A DNA stretch of 56,120 nucleotides. It comes from Welwitschia mirabilis. Lineage: Eukaryota. The stretch spans positions 4,638,787-4,694,906 of the forward strand of contig JBOZIK010000001.1 of NCBI GenBank assembly GCA_051453625.1, in the 5' to 3' direction. Made by a program: the position numbers and the translations under genes. The notes under the pieces were generated by a model. The model made no database searches, had not been told where the DNA came from, and saw only the letters and a list, made by a program, of their open reading frames with translations. Of the stretch, positions 18,812 through 32,834 are shown piece by piece; position 1 is the stretch's first letter; the number at the start of each line of letters is the position of its first letter.

Positions 18812-21800
18812 ACTATTCAGATTGGTTGTTAAAGATGGTATTTGTTCTAAACAAAAAATAACTAGATTAGTGTTTGTATTGATTATTGTAACTTAAAAAA
18901 GGCTATCTTGAATGATAACTATTCTTTATGAAACATTAACATCCAATTAGTTAGCACTTATAGTTTATAACCTCTTCTCATCTATGGATAGTTACTTGGG
19001 ATTCAATTAGATATTCGTCAATCCTACAGATTAGTATACAAAAACTTTTATAACATCATTAAGTATCTTCTATCATGTCATAATGCCTTTTGGATTAAAG
19101 AACACTAAAGAAACATATTAGTGCATGACGATGCACATATTTCATAACATAATCCAACGAAACATGAAATACTATGTGGATGATGTTGTGCTCAAGTCAA
19201 AGATAGTCACTCATCATCTTGGCTACTTAAATTAGATCTTGATGTAAGAAAGGTAATACAATCTACACCTAAACCCAAATAAATGCATGTTTAATATGTC
19301 GTCAGGGAAACTCATAGGATTTACGATATTAAAAACAGACATAAAAATTAATCTAAATAAGATTAAGGTGGTCTTTGATATGTGATCCTATAGAATGTAA
19401 AAGAAATACAAAGTCTATAAAGTAGGATATAGGTAATACATTAGTTTATTTTAATCTTTCATAGGTTGACATGATTCATTCATGCACTTTCTTAAGAAAG
19501 ACAGTGAATTTAAATGGGATCAGAATTTCTAAAAGTCTTTTAATAAGATCAAAGGATATTTAACATCTACTCCTGTGCTAAGTCCACCTAGGCTAGATTA
19601 GTCATTTTATCGTTATTTTATATATATTTCATCATTGATTAGTAGAACAATCTTTGAAACAAATTAACTTTATTGAGATCATCTAGTCTACTACATCAGT
19701 AGAATGCACCAACATAAGAGCAACTACACTAACGCAGAAAAGGCATGTTTAAATCTAGTATTCACTTCATAAAAGTTTTGTTATTACATGATGATAAATA
19801 AACTAATTATGATTAATAACTAAATCTTGCATAAGAAAATACTTAAATACTCCACTAACAATACATAATTAATCAAATGAATGTTGATCCTCTTTGAGTT
19901 TGACTTGAAATTTCAATCATAAAAATCAATCAAAGGGAAGTGCATAATTGAATAAGTGTAGATCTTCAAGTTGAAACTGAAGGTAAGATCTTAGGTGAAT
20001 CTGAACAATTTCCTAGTGAATAAATTCATGTCATAAAAATGAAAAATAATTAGAATGTATCAATGTTCTTTGATGGCACATCAAATCAAAATAGTAAATT
20101 TGTAAGGGTAGTCTTCTTTTTCAATAACAAAACTAGCTTGTTATTCTCTTTTAAACTGCATTATCATTGCACAAATAATATTGTTGAATACAAAGATTTA
20201 GGAAGAGAAATAATGCTAGTTATTCAAGTAGATCTTAAGAACCTACGCACTTTTAGTAACTCAAAACTAGCCGTCAACCAAGTCTTAGGCAAGTATGAAG
20301 CTAAATCAAGAGTCCTAGATGCATATCTTGGAAAAGTATGTAAGCTTCTTATAACATTTAAGTCATGTAAAATTTTGTCTATTATTATAAAAATAAAAAA
20401 CAATTCATGAACTATTTAGCAAAGTTTTTATAAACATGGTTTAAAGATCTATCTCTTAAATATTATGTTACATGCATGAACATCATTTAAAATTTCCTTG
20501 ATGAATGTCTAATGGTAGCTTATTAAGATCTATAGTGAGATGAGGTATGTCAATTAACAAAAGATACTAAAGTAAACAAGTGACATAACACTCTAGTAAA
20601 TTACCTCACTAGTAAGAATTTACTAGAATATATCTCATCACTATAGCAGCAAAGTTTTAGGGGTCAATTCACATGCTTCACCCAATTCAAGATAAATTAT
20701 ACAAAAAGTCAAAGGAAGGTATCTTATTGAGATTCCTAAAGTCAAGAGAAGTTACTTATGTTTTAAAAAAGATACATGCTAGATTATATGAGCTCTAATA
20801 AAGGGTAAGATCAGTATTGAGTTACATGATAAGTTCTAGCTATTTCCAGAAGACAATGAGTGATGACTCTTTTAAGAGGATGAAGACATGTCACACTGTT
20901 AGATCTCTTCACCAAGAATACATCAACTGCCTACTGAACTCTTTTCTTCTAATTGAATTTAGTTTTTTAAAAAGTGGGTTATGGATTTCATTAGTTCTAT
21001 TATGCCTACCACACTAGGATAACATGCGTTCCTTCTTACTGTGATAGAACACTTTTCTAAATGAATCAAAGTAGTTCCATTATGGTAAACAACATCAACA
21101 AAAATCCAAAATTTCATCCTTGATCACATCATTACTAGATTTGACATGCCCTACATCATCATCAATGATAACATTCTATAATTTAGGTCATTCAAAGTAA
21201 GAAATTTCTTGAGAAAATTTGGGATAAAGCACTCATTTTTTATGTACATTACCCCTAGGAAAATGGATAAGCTAAGGCAACTAATAAACTCATAATCAAC
21301 TACCTCAAGAAGTTATTGCAAATGAATATAAAGTTGTGGTATGAAAATTGCTTTTTGAACTATGGGCTTACTATACTGTAGTGAAAACTATTATAGGAAT
21401 GATCTTGTTTCAACTAGTCTATGGCACCAAAGTGATTTTGCCTACCTAGATTCAAATTTTCATGCTAAGAAAACTAGTCAAAAATTTAGAATTATCTAAT
21501 ATAAAAAAGAAAATGTGACTTGCATGACTTAAAATTTTAGATGAAAAGTGTGTAAAAATCTTACAACAAAGCTAACTCTACCAAAAGTGAGTTAGTAATG
21601 CATACAACAAGCGTGTGAATCTAAGATCATATGATATAGGTGACCTAGTGTTGAAAGTGAACTTAATTGAAAAAACCTCAAATTTCTTAACAAATTGGTT
21701 AAGATAATAAATTTGACAAAGGAACATATAATCAAAGAGTTTAAATAATGTTGAAGAAATTGAATTGATAGATTTCCTATATCTTTGATCTTATAACTAA

Positions 21801-24800
21801 TAAAATAAAATCTAAAATACAACACATTTTGTTTTATACTTTAATTTACTCATTTTGGCATTTTCATTAGCTAGTTTTCATGATCTTCCATTGCATGTAT
21901 TCTCGGGTTAAGATATTTCATGTATATGAACATATTTGATTTTTATAAAGTATGATTGGGCACATTCCTTAGATCATAGAAAGGATGTGTGCTGCTTACG
22001 TTCATGCATAGCATGAATGAGGTCATGTATTAGGCACACATAACAAGAATCACTTCATCCCCCATGACTCCAATGTTTCTGTGATCAACATTCCACTTCC
22101 TGAGGCTCCACTCATGAAAGATAATGATAATGACATATACCACATCAACCCATGCTATGACACCTCCACCATAATTCATGCCCTCATATGAGCCTTTCTA
22201 TTTTACCTACTTATATACCATCATCATCATCCCAATTAGTAAATACATCTCTTTCCTACCATGTGTTTCATTATGCTCTTCCTCCATGGTTATTACTCCA
22301 TTTACTTCATTTCACTCATATCCATTACATCATCCTATTGATCATGTCCATGTCAGATTTCCTATGGCTTTTATTTTTATTTGATTTATGAGAAAAAAGA
22401 AAAAACAAAATTTTAAAAAGGTACTATTTTAAAGTCTTTATTTTCAATCTTTCTAGATTTTTCTTTCACATTTTTCTTTTACTTTTCATGTCTGGTTAGT
22501 TAATCTTATTACAACCTTTGTATACATCTTTATCATGAGTTAACTTTTAAAGTGGCTAAATCCTCCTCTTACAGAAAAGTGTTGCTTGAATAACTTTGTT
22601 GAGATTCCTAATTTAGATAATGAGGAAAACTTAGAGTCAATGGATAATGGTTAAGATTATCAATATACTCTCATCATGATAGAAGCAATTAAGTAGAAAG
22701 ATCCTCTTGATTAAGAGGTGATTCTTCCCTTCACCTTTATCTAAATGACTCCTTTGCAGGATTTCTTAGTTATGACATTTCTTCATTTGATTCTATTCAT
22801 TTGATCCTACGCTAAACTACATCATAGTCTTTATGAAACTAGTTTTCTACTGCAAAGCATTTAGGGTGCTAATACTAGATTCTACCCAATACTAAGACAT
22901 TCTCATATCTATGACATTTAATGTCTTATGTTGTTTTGCATTGGTATTAATTATGTCAAATCTGATGCTTATCTTCAGCAGTAAGCTTTATAATTTACCA
23001 TCCTAATGATCAAAAAATGCCAAAAAAATAAAAAATAAAAAAAAAAGAATCCNNNNNNNNNNNNNNNNNNNNNNNNNNNNNNNNNNNNNNNNNNNNNNNN
23101 NNNNNNNNNNNNNNNNNNNNNNNNNNNNNNNNNNNNNNNNNNNNNNNNNNNNNNNNNNNNNNNNNNNNNNNNNNNNNNNNNNNNNNNNNNNNNNNNNNNN
23201 NNNNNNNNNNNNNNNNNNNNNNNNNNNNNNNNNNNNNNNNNNNNNNNNNNNNNNNNNNNNNNNNNNNNNNNNNNNNNNNNNNNNNNNNNNNNNNNNNNNN
23301 NNNNNNNNNNNNNNNNNNNNNNNNNNNNNNNNNNNNNNNNNNNNNNNNNNNNNNNNNNNNNNNNNNNNNNNNNNNNNNNNNNNNNNNNNNNNNNNNNNNN
23401 NNNNNNNNNNNNNNNNNNNNNNNNNNNNNNNNNNNNNNNNNNNNNNNNNNNNNNNNNNNNNNNNNNNNNNNNNNNNNNNNNNNNNNNNNNNNNNNNNNNN
23501 NNNNNNNNNNNNNNNNNNNNNNNNNNNNNNNNNNNNNNNNNNNNNNNNNNNNNNNNNNNNNNNNNNNNNNNNNNNNNNNNNNNNNNNNNNNNNNNNNNNN
23601 NNNNNNNNNNNNNNNNNNNNNNNNNNNNNNNNNNNNNNNNNNNNNNNNNNNNNNNNNNNNNNNNNNNNNNNNNNNNNNNNNNNNNNNNNNNNNNNNNNNN
23701 NNNNNNNNNNNNNNNNNNNNNNNNNNNNNNNNNNNNNNNNNNNNNNNNNNNNNNNNNNNNNNNNNNNNNNNNNNNNNNNNNNNNNNNNNNNNNNNNNNNN
23801 NNNNNNNNNNNNNNNNNNNNNNNNNNNNNNNNNNNNNNNNNNNNNNNNNNNNNNNNNNNNNNNNNNNNNNNNNNNNNNNNNNNNNNNNNNNNNNNNNNNN
23901 NNNNNNNNNNNNNNNNNNNNNNNNNNNNNNNNNNNNNNNNNNNNNNNNNNNNNNNNNNNNNNNNNNNNNNNNNNNNNNNNNNATCTTAGCCGATGATTGG
24001 ATTGAGTTATAGTCGAAACATTATATTGATACTTTCTAGAATAACCATAGGCATTGTCATAATCAATGCCCTTATCGCATGATACTATATGGTGTTTAGC
24101 ATCGAACCACATAATCATGACATTAAACAACCCTTATGGCTTATACCAATGGACTTTGCTAGGTTGGTATTTAGAGGTGCAGAAATCAATCTCCTTCACA
24201 TCAATATTTGTCTCTTTTCACCTAGTTTNNNNNNNNNNNNNNNNNNTAATTAAGTTAAAGTCATTCCCTACATTTACTCATACCTTTATTCAAGACTAAT
24301 TCTACTTCTTAGTTAATTTGTCATTTTTTAATATCCAACCTCTCTTATCCTTCACTTGTCCTTGGTCGTCTTTCTATTTTCATTCACTATCTCTCCTATA
24401 CATATATCTAAATCTTGTTCAGATTGCATCTTTACCATCTATTCAAGTTATCCCTAATCATATTGATCATTACTTGGTTATTTATCTCACGATATTTTGG
24501 ACACATGGTTATCTACTTACCTCTCATCAAAAAAGGGGCAACTATATTCATATAATTTTATTACCCCCTTTTCATGTATGTTTACTATGCATGTCATTGG
24601 TTTATGTCTCATTTACTTTATTTTAATTTATATAGTTGTCCTATCCTCTCTTTATTACACCAATTGCCATACCAAAGAAACTCCCATAATACCTTACTTT
24701 TCTCATTCCAATACATCATCATTAATTCATTACACCCTTCTCCACCACTTCCTTTTTTTCCCTTTTCTTCGGATTTCACTATTATATCACGTTGACACAT

Positions 24801-24951
24801 CATTATTGGAAGTCATCCTTTATTAATATTAAAAAAACATTGATCATTTTACCATTAGTCCATCTTGATCACCAATGGGCTCTACTTAGGTAAGTATGTT
24901 GTAGCAAAGGTGAAATCATAAAACTTAGGTCAGCCATCTCTCAACAATTTC

Positions 24952-25030
24952 ATCTTTCCAAATTCCATAGTCATTTTACCATGGGTGGATCTTTCCAAAT
25001 TCCATAGTACATTTTACCGTGGGTGGATCT
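24952..25030. repeat. ~37-bp tandem duplication
   Basis: ATCTTTCCAAATTCCATAGT(A)CATTTTACCRTGGGTGG twice. Confidence 0.85.
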
Positions 25031-25479
25031 CCAAAACATTGTTTGGCATTTGATACTATCTTTATTAATTTTGCAAGTGCTTTTAATATCCTTTTTTTTT
25101 TCCCCTGTTTCTTGCTTTATGTAAGAAAAAAGAAATAGATGTTTTATATGAATAAGCTAGAATAATGGCAAAACAATAATGATACTCAAAGTCACTCCAA
25201 TCAAATTCTATTTTTATCCTTCCTCATGTGGACACAAAGCAGAAAACTACAACATTCAAAACCCAACCAACAAACTATGAAAAACAGAAGGCAACACCAT
25301 TATGAAGTTAAATGTTATGGAGGTTAATGCAAAAACATTGTTCCATAGTAATATACGGTTGGTATGTACCTCCACAGAAGTACTTGCTAATTTATCTGGA
25401 TCTCAAACTTCTCAATACTTGAAGGATTTATGGGTGCTTACACTAGATCGACTTCATAGCATGAAAAATAATCAATCAG

Positions 25480-25990
25480 TCAAGGAGGTGCTAGCGGCAG
25501 CGCACAGCGGAGATGCAGAAAACAAGACCGGCCACCGTTCAAAGGGTGCAAAAAAGAATCAAAGACAGCGGCAGGCCCGGCAGCTAGCACGCAGCATCGA
25601 AGGAGACCAGAGGAGAAAGAAGATGCAGTGGAGGATAAACCACACAAAGGAAACTCCAGTGCAGCAAGTGTAGGATCGGTGCATTACAGCAGATCGGCTG
25701 GCGGTTGACAGGAAAAATGCAGCACCCGCAAAGGCAGGCAGGCCTTAGAGCTAGCATGCAGCAGACAGAAGAACGCGCCGGAGGAGGCCGAGGAGACCTA
25801 GAACACAAAAAGAGAGACTGAGACAGAAGAAAGAAAGGGAAAAAGAGGGAGGAGCGCTTCAAAAAAGGAACGGATAAGAGGCGATCAAAGGCACCCAATA
25901 GACAGACGGCGGTGAACACTGAAGAAACAGTCCGAAAACGCTGTGATAGAGAATAAGAGGAATCACAAAATGAGGCCAAGCAAAAGTGCA
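25480..25990. other. GC/CpG-rich island with strong purine skew on the plus strand
   Basis: Many intact CpGs (GCGGCAGCGC, GAACGCGCCGG) against CpG-depleted flanks. The minus strand is CT-rich like a plant 5' leader. Confidence 0.7.
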
Positions 25991-26144
25991 GTCAAAGACT
26001 ATTTCTCCCTTTACATTTTAGCTTTTACACTATTTCTCCCTCTAGTAACTTGAAATAAGCATTAGCTTCTCAGAGACTGAACCAATTAAAGAAAATATTT
26101 TCACACAACATATCATAAAAGCCCTCACTGGTAATTATGTTTGT

Positions 26145-26201
26145 CTTTTAATAATGTTATGTGATTAAGCTTTTAATAATGTTATGTGATTAAGCTTTTA
26201 A
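26145..26201. repeat. Perfect 25-bp tandem duplication
   Basis: CTTTTAATAATGTTATGTGATTAAG x2 plus a partial copy. Confidence 0.9.
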
Positions 26202-26589
26202 ATATTGTTTTGTTATTAGCTTCTTTATCTAGTCATAAACACCCTTGCTTTCTAAATAATAATAATTTAAAAAAGAGAGAGTATAGGGAGTTAGAAGTTG
26301 GATGGCCCTAATTCATGAAACAAGATAAACAAGAGACAATTTCATATTATTTGTTATTAGTCAAAATCATGTGGTTTAGTTTATATTAACAAAGAAAAAT
26401 TGTTTAAGTGTGGTGCTACCCCTTATTTTCCTTTTGAGCCCTTTTTGTCTTTACAATTTGTGTATGTAACTGTATTAAAGAACATATATGTGTGCATATA
26501 CCACTATGGTCAAAATCCCTTAATAGGGAAATTAACATTTTGATGTTATATTTGGGGGAAAAAAGTCTCTCAAAACACAATCAAATTCA

Positions 26590-27010
26590 ACTATTTCAAA
26601 CGATGTTTAACCAAACTTGATAACCAAGATCAAAGTAAAACCCATCTGAGTTGCCAACATCCCAAAGTTAAATAACATGTCAAGGAATAGGTGTTATACC
26701 TAGTCAAGCTTAGTTAAACCAAAATCATCAAACTCAATCAAACCTAGTAAGACTTAGAAAAACTCAATCAAACCAAAACTGTCAAACTTGATTAAAACTT
26801 AATTGACATGAAGTTGGAAAAACTCAATCAAAATGCAATATAAACTTAGCCAAATTTAGTCAATTTAAAACAATCAAACTTGGTAAAACTTAGTAAGATT
26901 CAGTCAAACTATAACTACCAAACTCAATTAAAACCAAAATTGTTAAACCAAAATATTCAAACTCTATCGAATAGTTAAACTTAGTTAGATTCAGTTAGAT
27001 CCCACTATTA
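26590..27010 (+). repeat. Degenerate short-motif array (AAACTYARTCA-like), possible DNA-transposon subterminal relic
   Basis: AAACTCAATCAAA, AAACTTAGTAA and AAACTTGGTAAA variants repeated more than 15 times. No TIR or TSD found. Confidence 0.45.
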
Positions 27011-27029
27011 AAATGTTGTTAACCAGACC

Positions 27030-28305
27030 TAATCACCTATCATCGAGTGACATGTGAATTAATTCATTGTTTATGAAAAATCTTGTACACAATAAGCATA
27101 TGATTTTTTCCTTACTTGAGGCTAATTTTCTATATTGAAATCTAATCTATTAATGTCTAGCCAACAGACAAATTCTTGCATCCATGGACATTCTATTCCT
27201 TCATGATTATTTTCTCCATATTGTCCATAGATAAGTCCTTTTTCATTTTTGAAATGCTAAATAGTTAACTGATCAAATTTTTCAACCATGCTATCAGTTA
27301 CCTTTTTAGCTACTTCTTTCATAAGACTAATATGCTTTGAACTATACATACTAGCCATTGCTTCTATGGTTACTTCATTTATTCTCTTTTTATTTTCACC
27401 TTCTTGATCTCATCCTTGACTTATGTTATAAAATTGAGTAACAGATTCTCCTATATCTTGTAAATTCTTAGTCTTAATACTTCCTCTTCACAAAAATCCA
27501 ATTTCTTTAAAGTTTGACTCTGTAATCCTCTAAATAATGCTCTGATTCTTTCTCTAATCAAAATTTCATGATTAGGACATTTAGCTAACAATACATTATA
27601 TCGGTCCATGAACCCATTAGATCTTTCATTATCCCTTTTTTTAAATATTTAAAATTTATTCCCTTTAATCTTATACTATCTTTGTGGGTTGAAATTTATC
27701 TAAGAAAGCATTCTTAAGGATTCCCTATGAACTAAAGGCATGATTAGGATTTCACAATACCATAATTGAGAGTCCTTTTTTAAAGAGAATGGAAAATACC
27801 TTAAAAAAGTTAAATTTAGAATCAGGATAATTTGCCTTACGAAATGCATCAAATAAACTCAAATGTAGTAAGAATTCTTTTGTTTTATTACCTTAAAGTT
27901 GGATATAGATGTCATATTTATATTCCTTACTTTGTTGGAGTGTTTCAATACATTAGAATAAATAGGAATCGAATCCTCTAACTAGTAGATGTGATAGTTT
28001 AGAGGTCTTGAATTTTTATCATCTTCCGAGTAACATCCTACTATGAATTTTCTTTCATGATCATGAGTTTTGATTTCTTAGGTAGACTCTCCTTGCATGC
28101 TATGTAATTTTAGAAGAGTTAATAATCATTTATCCATTTCTTTCATTAGTTGAGAAAAGATATATTCCTTAACTGTTTACCTAATAGTAGTTTCGTCCAT
28201 GATAAAATCCTCTTATTCTATTACTATTTTAATCTTACTTTCTTTTGTTCATCTAAATTATATTTTTTAGGATTTTTAACAAACCTACCTCTCTCATCTT
28301 GTCAT
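27030..28305 (-). pseudogene. Athila-like retrotransposon gag relic
   Basis: Minus strand LRYFPFSF (~27800), EKFDQLT (~27280) and a Cys/His cluster near 27170. Confidence 0.6.
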
Positions 28306-30199
28306 TTCCCTTGGTTATCTTATTAGACTACAGAATTGATCATTTATACAAGTTGGCTTTAGATTATCCTCCTTCTAGCCCTAAAATGATGAAAGCTTAT
28401 TTTTGAAATATATACTGAAGATATTATAAAATAATGCAAAAAAATACAAAAAACTAAAATGCTATTTAACTTAAAATAGGATTAAATCATTAAATTTAAA
28501 AATAAAGGTTTACTAAAGAACTAGTAAAGACCATCAAATCTTCAATTAACTTAGTTTAAAATGCATCATCAAGGTCAACTCTTGATGAGGCTTACTTAAA
28601 CTATTTAGGTCTAAGATTGATATATAAGATTACTATATACATGTTATACATTGTGGGGAATGATTCAAATGGAAGACATAACAAAAATTCTATTATATGC
28701 TAAAACAATATCTATCTAAGTATTATTGATTATCCTAGTCTATGTTTAGCTACACAAAGATGAATATGTTAAAGTAACATTGCTTTGTTAAATAATAAAA
28801 CACAATACTTTTTAGTATGCACATAAAGTAATTCATTCATTCATAACATTAAATTTTCAACATTACATTNNNNNNNNNNNNNNNNNNNNNNNNNNNNNNN
28901 NNNNNNNNNNNNNNNNNNNNNNNNNNNNNNNNNNNNNNNNNNNNNNNNNNNNNNNNNNNNNNNNNNNNNNNNNNNNNNNNNNNNNNNNNNNNNNNNNNNN
29001 NNNNNNNNNNNNNNNNNNNNNNNNNNNNTAACAAAAGTATCCTCTATCTTTTTTCCATTCCTTTTCATTCCCTTTATTCTACCCTTTATTTTAAGTAGTT
29101 TCCTTTCTTTGCTCCTTAAAAACAACTTATGATTGGGGTTGTTGCTTGGCTTTTGCCACCTTATCCTTCTCTGTCATCTTTGTGCCAAGTGGCATTTTGT
29201 ACCTACAACATAATAGGTAATACGTATGCTAACCTACTAGCATTTTAACTTACTAATACATTAACCTAAGTACTTTAAAAAGAAGTATTAAATAACTAAT
29301 TAAAAGATATAGTTCTAGGCATAAAAACATTCTATTATTAATGATAATTTGGATTATCATTCTTACTCATTAGTAAGTTATCAACATAAGTACAAGAACT
29401 AGAGAGAAAGATAGATTAGTTATAAGGTAATAATCCTACATTAAGTTTAGCAGCTTTGAATTTCAATAAAGAAAATATTATTAAGGTTGTATGGCATGCA
29501 AAGGATTATATAAATTTTTGGAATTCATACCAATTAGAAATATGAATGTTATCTGAATATCTAGGTAAAATACATTTGCTATCCTCTTCATCTGAATCTT
29601 CAAGGGCTACAAGGTTAGATAGAAAGAATAAGTTCTTTAATTAATTTAATCCATAATCTTATACTAATTTTTGGCTTGAAGTAATTAAACATCTTGTTTT
29701 CTAGTCTTCTGAGTGCTAGTGCTAAACGTTTATTATTGCATAAAAGTACTATGTTTTTATGTTTATCATCTGTGATTTATCTAATGCTTAAGTGATCACG
29801 TCAGTTTCTTTAAAGAAATTTCTTTGTATTAACTTAATAAGATTATTTGAAAACTTTTGGGATACTATGAAAAATGAGAAACTTACTTTTTTATGTTTAA
29901 TAAAAATTTAATCATTATGCATATATCCTTATGTTAATACAATTGATCCACATCCCATCTCAATATGTAAAGATATAAATTTTTCTTTTAAATTTCTCAA
30001 GTTATTAAGTTATGGCATGTTGATCTAATTAAAGTCTAAAGTTAAACTTTCTTAGTCAACATTGGTTCATTATGATTGAATAAAATCATGATAACTAGCT
30101 ATGCTTGAGATGAATTCTAGAATATAATTACTTTTTAACTATTTCAAGCCATAAAACTTAACTCTTTATTTAGAATGAGGAAAGTGTAACTACCATTAA

Positions 30200-31385
30200 A
30201 GGAGTAAGATCTTGAAGGATAAAAGTCTAGGTTATGACCAACTAATTCCTTAGTTCAGTTCTCACAATTATCATATGGAACTATCGAAGTCCCTTCTTGG
30301 GAATATTTTTCTTATGCACATGTAGTAGAAAATTTAAATTTTTTAAAGGTACTAATAAAATGTTTTATAAGATATTAACATTTAATGAAATGCACAAGTT
30401 CCTATCAAAGTCTTACTAAGTTCACTTCTCTTTTTTTTAAGTGGTTCAAATTTTATCTTTATCAATCTCAAAAGTTCATAAGTAAAACTAATTTTAAAGA
30501 TTACCATGACTTATTATTCCTATGAATTAGTTTAAGTATCCTTTCCACATGTAAAGGTTTTTTAAATATTCTAGTAAATATGTTTAATCATTATAAATTC
30601 TAATTTTTTATCTATTAATTTGATAAGTTAACTTTTCTTTAGGATCATATATTTCTATGCCTCCATTTCCTATAATTCTTTATATTTTATAAGGTTTAAG
30701 ATAATTTATTCATATTTTTATTTAGAGTAAAGACTTGTATAATCATATACTATTATTAAATACCAATATTTAAAATTTATCTTTTTAATTTTGTTATTAT
30801 AAAATCTATTTATTTCTCCTAAATTAATTCCTTTTTAAGAAGAGACTTTTTTTAATTTTTCATCTAACTATACATATTTTCAATTCATTCGTTTTCATCT
30901 TTATCTAAATTATAATAAACTTCTTTAGCTAATCTAAAGGTTTTTATTTTAAAGTTAATTGGTAGAGTTTCTTTCTTGTCATAACCTAATTTATATGGTG
31001 TAAATCCTATGTTATTCTTCGAAGTTATCCTTTAAGATCACAAAGTTTCATTTAGTCTTTTAGCATAATTCGTTTTCCTCATATATATGATTTTAATTAA
31101 CATTTTATTTAATTACAATTTTTCACTTTAGCTTAGCCATCATCTTGAGGATGGTAAGTGGTAGAACGTTTATGATGAATTCCATTGTTAGAGATAAGTT
31201 TACCAAAATATTTACTAGTAAAGCGAGTTTTCCATTTAGAAATAAAAATCCTAGCTACTTTAAATTTATAGGTGATGTTTTTAAGAAAGAAATTAATAAC
31301 AATTTCAAAAGAACAATGGAATATAGCATTAGCTTTAACCTACTTACTTAGGTAATCTTCTCATGCAATGAAGGATTAGTAGGAC
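30200..31385 (-). pseudogene. Ty3/gypsy (Athila-like) integrase, 3' part; host of the 31386-43122 insertion
   Basis: Minus strand DYLSK.VKA, GIHHKRSTTYHPQDDG (~31160-31133) and GFTPYKL. Continues the WGIDF segment at 43146-43132. Confidence 0.8.
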
Positions 31386-32834
31386 TTTCTACTATGAATT
31401 AATGTTATTCATTATAATAAAATGCAAACCTCAAATAAACTGGTAAGAACCCAGCATTTTTCTTCCACAATGATATTTATGGTAAACTAATCCAAAGGCA
31501 ACATAATAATACAATTCTATAATGTAATTAAATAAAAGGGAAAAAAACTAAGGATTTGAGAGATTTTAGTAAACTTCTATTAGTAATGTAGGAAGATGAA
31601 CATGCTATAGTGGTTTAGCTTGTCTTACCTAACTACCCACTTTTACTCTAATGATTTCCTATAAGTCCTAAAACATAAGCTTCAAATCATCAAGTCATGG
31701 TGGCTTGAGTGTGGTGACATAATCTCATTCACCACATGAGTGTTAGTATAGAAAGTAAGTATGATCATCCTTAAGATCTATAACACAAAAGTGACTATAG
31801 CTAAAATGTAAACTTAAAGAATTCACTTGGTTCTAAAGATCCTGATGATGTAGTCTCATCTAAGGATTAATAGTACATGTTAATGTGCATTACAAATTAA
31901 AGAATAAATAATTATTCCAATATTATAAATAAGAAAGAATCTCACCTAAGAATTAATAGTACCATGTTAATGTTCACTAAACATTGAAGAATGATAACTA
32001 CTCTTTATATTAGTTCATTAAATACATTATGTCAATATAAAAAGATTAATCTAAAATGAACTCCTTAAACTAGCCTCAAATCAAGTTCACTCCTAAGGAA
32101 GATGCTTAGAAAACTATGATGTTTTGACACTTCAGGTATTCCCACCACATTTTTTCAATCAAATATTCTTTATAATGAGGGCTTAAGGCCCTTTTTTTAG
32201 GTGAGGGAAGGCTTGGAAAACTTTGGCATGTTGTGGTTGGTGGTGGTTACATAAGCGGATTATAATTTTCAGTGGCTACATTAGGAGGAGGTTATAAAGT
32301 TTGTCATGTAGCCTTAATGGATGATTCCTTATATTTTTATGTAAACAAGGTGATCACATGTCCTTTGAGTGATCATGTAGCTTCCACTAAATGCGATGCT
32401 ATATGTTCTCCATTTTATTGTACTTGTTGTTACCACATGTGACTTTTATATGTTAATTTGCACCTTTGTCATGTGTCATCAAGGTTTAAAGGTTAAATTC
32501 GATTTAACATTCAACTAGTCTCACAAGTAAAATATGATGTCTTTCCCATAATGATGTGAAAAATGTAAGAATAAACTCCTTTTATCATAAAAAACCACTG
32601 CTGCTAGTGACTTGAATAGTAACGTCGATGTTTTCTAATGGATTATCTTCAAACTTCAGCATGTTCTTTAAAAAGTAGTAGTTATCTTGAAAATGTTATG
32701 AAAAATTTTATATTTTCATAACTCATGATAAAAATGGTAGAAGACATAATTTTATGATAAAAATGCTATTTTAATATATTTTCCTGTGTTAAATTAATTA
32801 GATATACTTGGTTCTTAATTTTTGCACGTGTACA
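31386..32834 (-). repeat. 3' LTR of Athila-like element
   Basis: Colinear with 41629-43122 (e.g. TAGGAAGATGAACATGCT, AATGAGGGCTTAAGGCC). Confidence 0.88.

Larger units (their letters stand above)
13279..21830 (+). pseudogene. Ty3/gypsy Tat (Ogre/Retand-like) pol relic 2: RT-RH-aRH-INT, interrupted by the CRM element
   Basis: RT resumes after 18816, with YVDD at 19173-19184. aRH MFFDG..HCTNNIVEY (ORF 20063-20410). Integrase W.MDF (~20975) and YP.ENG.AKATNK (~21250). The order RT-RH-aRH-INT is that of Ogre/Retand. Confidence 0.88.

Noticed and set aside
23003-24130. 375-aa ORF
   Set aside because: Almost entirely N-gap.
22178-24826. Cluster of short hydrophobic, His/Ser-rich ORFs
   Set aside because: Overlapping frames in C/T-rich low-complexity DNA downstream of the Tat integrase; no domain motifs.
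25480-25800. Conserved miRNA precursor in the CpG island
   Set aside because: No match to conserved plant miRNAs I could recognise and no clear hairpin.
25302-25979. 123-aa (+) and 131-aa (-) ORFs as real proteins
   Set aside because: Open frames are expected in a GC-rich, strand-skewed island; no recognisable domain. Reported only as a CpG island.
28841-29125. ORFs across the 28.9-kb gap
   Set aside because: Mostly N.
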